The position numbers were made by a program, and so were the translations under genes. Of a DNA stretch of 64,000 nt, positions 62,739 to 64,000 are shown piece after piece. The DNA lies in the NCBI RefSeq assembly GCF_009914755.1, contig NC_060941.1. The stretch is one strand, 5' to 3'. The DNA comes from the human T2T-CHM13v2.0 reference genome, Homo sapiens. The notes under the pieces were generated by a model that made no database searches, was not told the DNA's origin, and saw nothing but the letters and a program-made list of their open reading frames with translations. Each line of letters begins with the position of its first letter. Within the stretch, counting starts at the first letter, position 1.

Positions 62739-63848
62739 GTAAGTATCTCCTTTTGATTTTAATTCACCTTCGTGCCTGTCTTTAAGTTAAATGCTTACCC
62801 AGTAATGTGCACTGGTTGCAAAGAGGGCAAAATGAGATATTGTGATAGTGATTTTAGCTTTGAGACAGTAGGTTTAATGAGGGTTAAGATTAGTTTTGAC
62901 CTATTAGATCTATTAGAAAGTTTATAAGGAAAGACTTTTAAAAAATCTGGTTGATTTATTTAAGTGGTTTATTTTGATGATCATTGCTCATTTTCCTCAC
63001 TTAGAAGCAAACTATTAGACTGCTATATCTAAATCAGCATATCTGTTTTGGTTTACTTTTTAGTAGAGCTTTTGTATTTATCCACAGCTGAGTGAAAACA
63101 AAATTGACCTTCTGTTTAGGAGGTGAATTGTTTACTCTCTCTTAAGGACTAAAAAATATTAACCTCAAAGTGTTCAAATTTAAATAGTTCAAATAAATTC
63201 TTTTCCTGATCTAGGCCTTCTATATCATGTCATTATTTTCTTTTTTTAATCTCATGTTAGAATTTTAGAGAGTTAGAACTCAGTTATTTTTATTAATGGA
63301 GTGTAGCCGGGTTAGAAATAATTTTTTTCCTAAGTTTCAGTTGGATCATGTATTTCACTCCCTCTAAACTATTTTGCTTTCCCTATTTGATCTGACTCAG
63401 CATTTTAAAAGCACTGATTAACATTAAATTTAATTTTTTTCTTTTTGTTTTGCACAGATCCTAAATTTAGTTTTAACTTCCTAAGCGCATGTCAGTATAC
63501 AACAGATGGAAATAGTACTAAAACATGCTAAGTAGCAGACAGAGCCAACCTTGTCTTAAGCAAACATTTACCGTATATGGTTACACATGGTTATATGACA
63601 CTACCAGTTGTTTGTTTTCACAATTTCTTCCCTGGTGACTAAAAACAAAAGACAAACAAAAACAGACACACACACATGTTCATTGTAGAAAATTTGGAAA
63701 ATGAAGAAATGCCCCAGAAAGTAAAAAGCACTCATCTCCCTTTAATTTTGGCACATTATTCTGGGGAATGTATATTATGTTTTCCACTACATATTTTCAT
63801 TTAATTTTCCTCTAAAATGTTCCTCTGTTGACTTTTTTTTTCTTTTAG

Positions 63849-63991
63849 GCATAATTTGTTGGACTCTAAGATCAACACCCTGTTATCATTGTGCCAAGAT
63901 CCAAATTTGTTAAATCCAATCCATGGAATTGTGCAGAGTGTGGTGTACCATGAAGAATCCCCACCACAATACCAAACATCTTACCTGCAAA
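63849..63991 (+). CDS. NF1: Neurofibromin legacy exon 46 (143 nt)
   Basis: ttttag|G...AAA|gtaaat; HNLLDSKINTLLSLCQ...TSYLQ. Confidence 0.96.
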
Positions 63992-64000
63992 GTAAATAAA

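Overview
Human genomic DNA from the NF1 (neurofibromin) locus, 17q11.2. Positions 1-31477 are the 3' part of the large NF1 intron (legacy 27b). It hosts three antisense nested genes, OMG, EVI2B and EVI2A, each with a non-coding first exon and one main coding exon. Positions 31478-63991 carry 19 consecutive + strand NF1 coding exons (legacy 28-46). All have GT-AG boundaries and splice into one open frame, from the Sec14-PH module into the C-terminal region. Legacy intron 39 holds a 3.4-kb sense-oriented AK4 retrocopy (AK4P1) with a 15-bp TSD, a poly(A) tail, an intact 223-aa ORF, an internal 3' splice site and poly(A) signals, so it has the layout of a natural gene-trap cassette. Other notable items are the palindromic AT-rich repeat in intron 31, several latent pseudoexons one base from activation, a uORF-dense OMG leader with stop-start overlaps, and many Alu, L1 and MER elements and microsatellites. 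Gene, variant and repeat names come from recognition and memory, not database searches. Exon, TSD and motif coordinates were read from the sequence; ends of old repeats are approximate.
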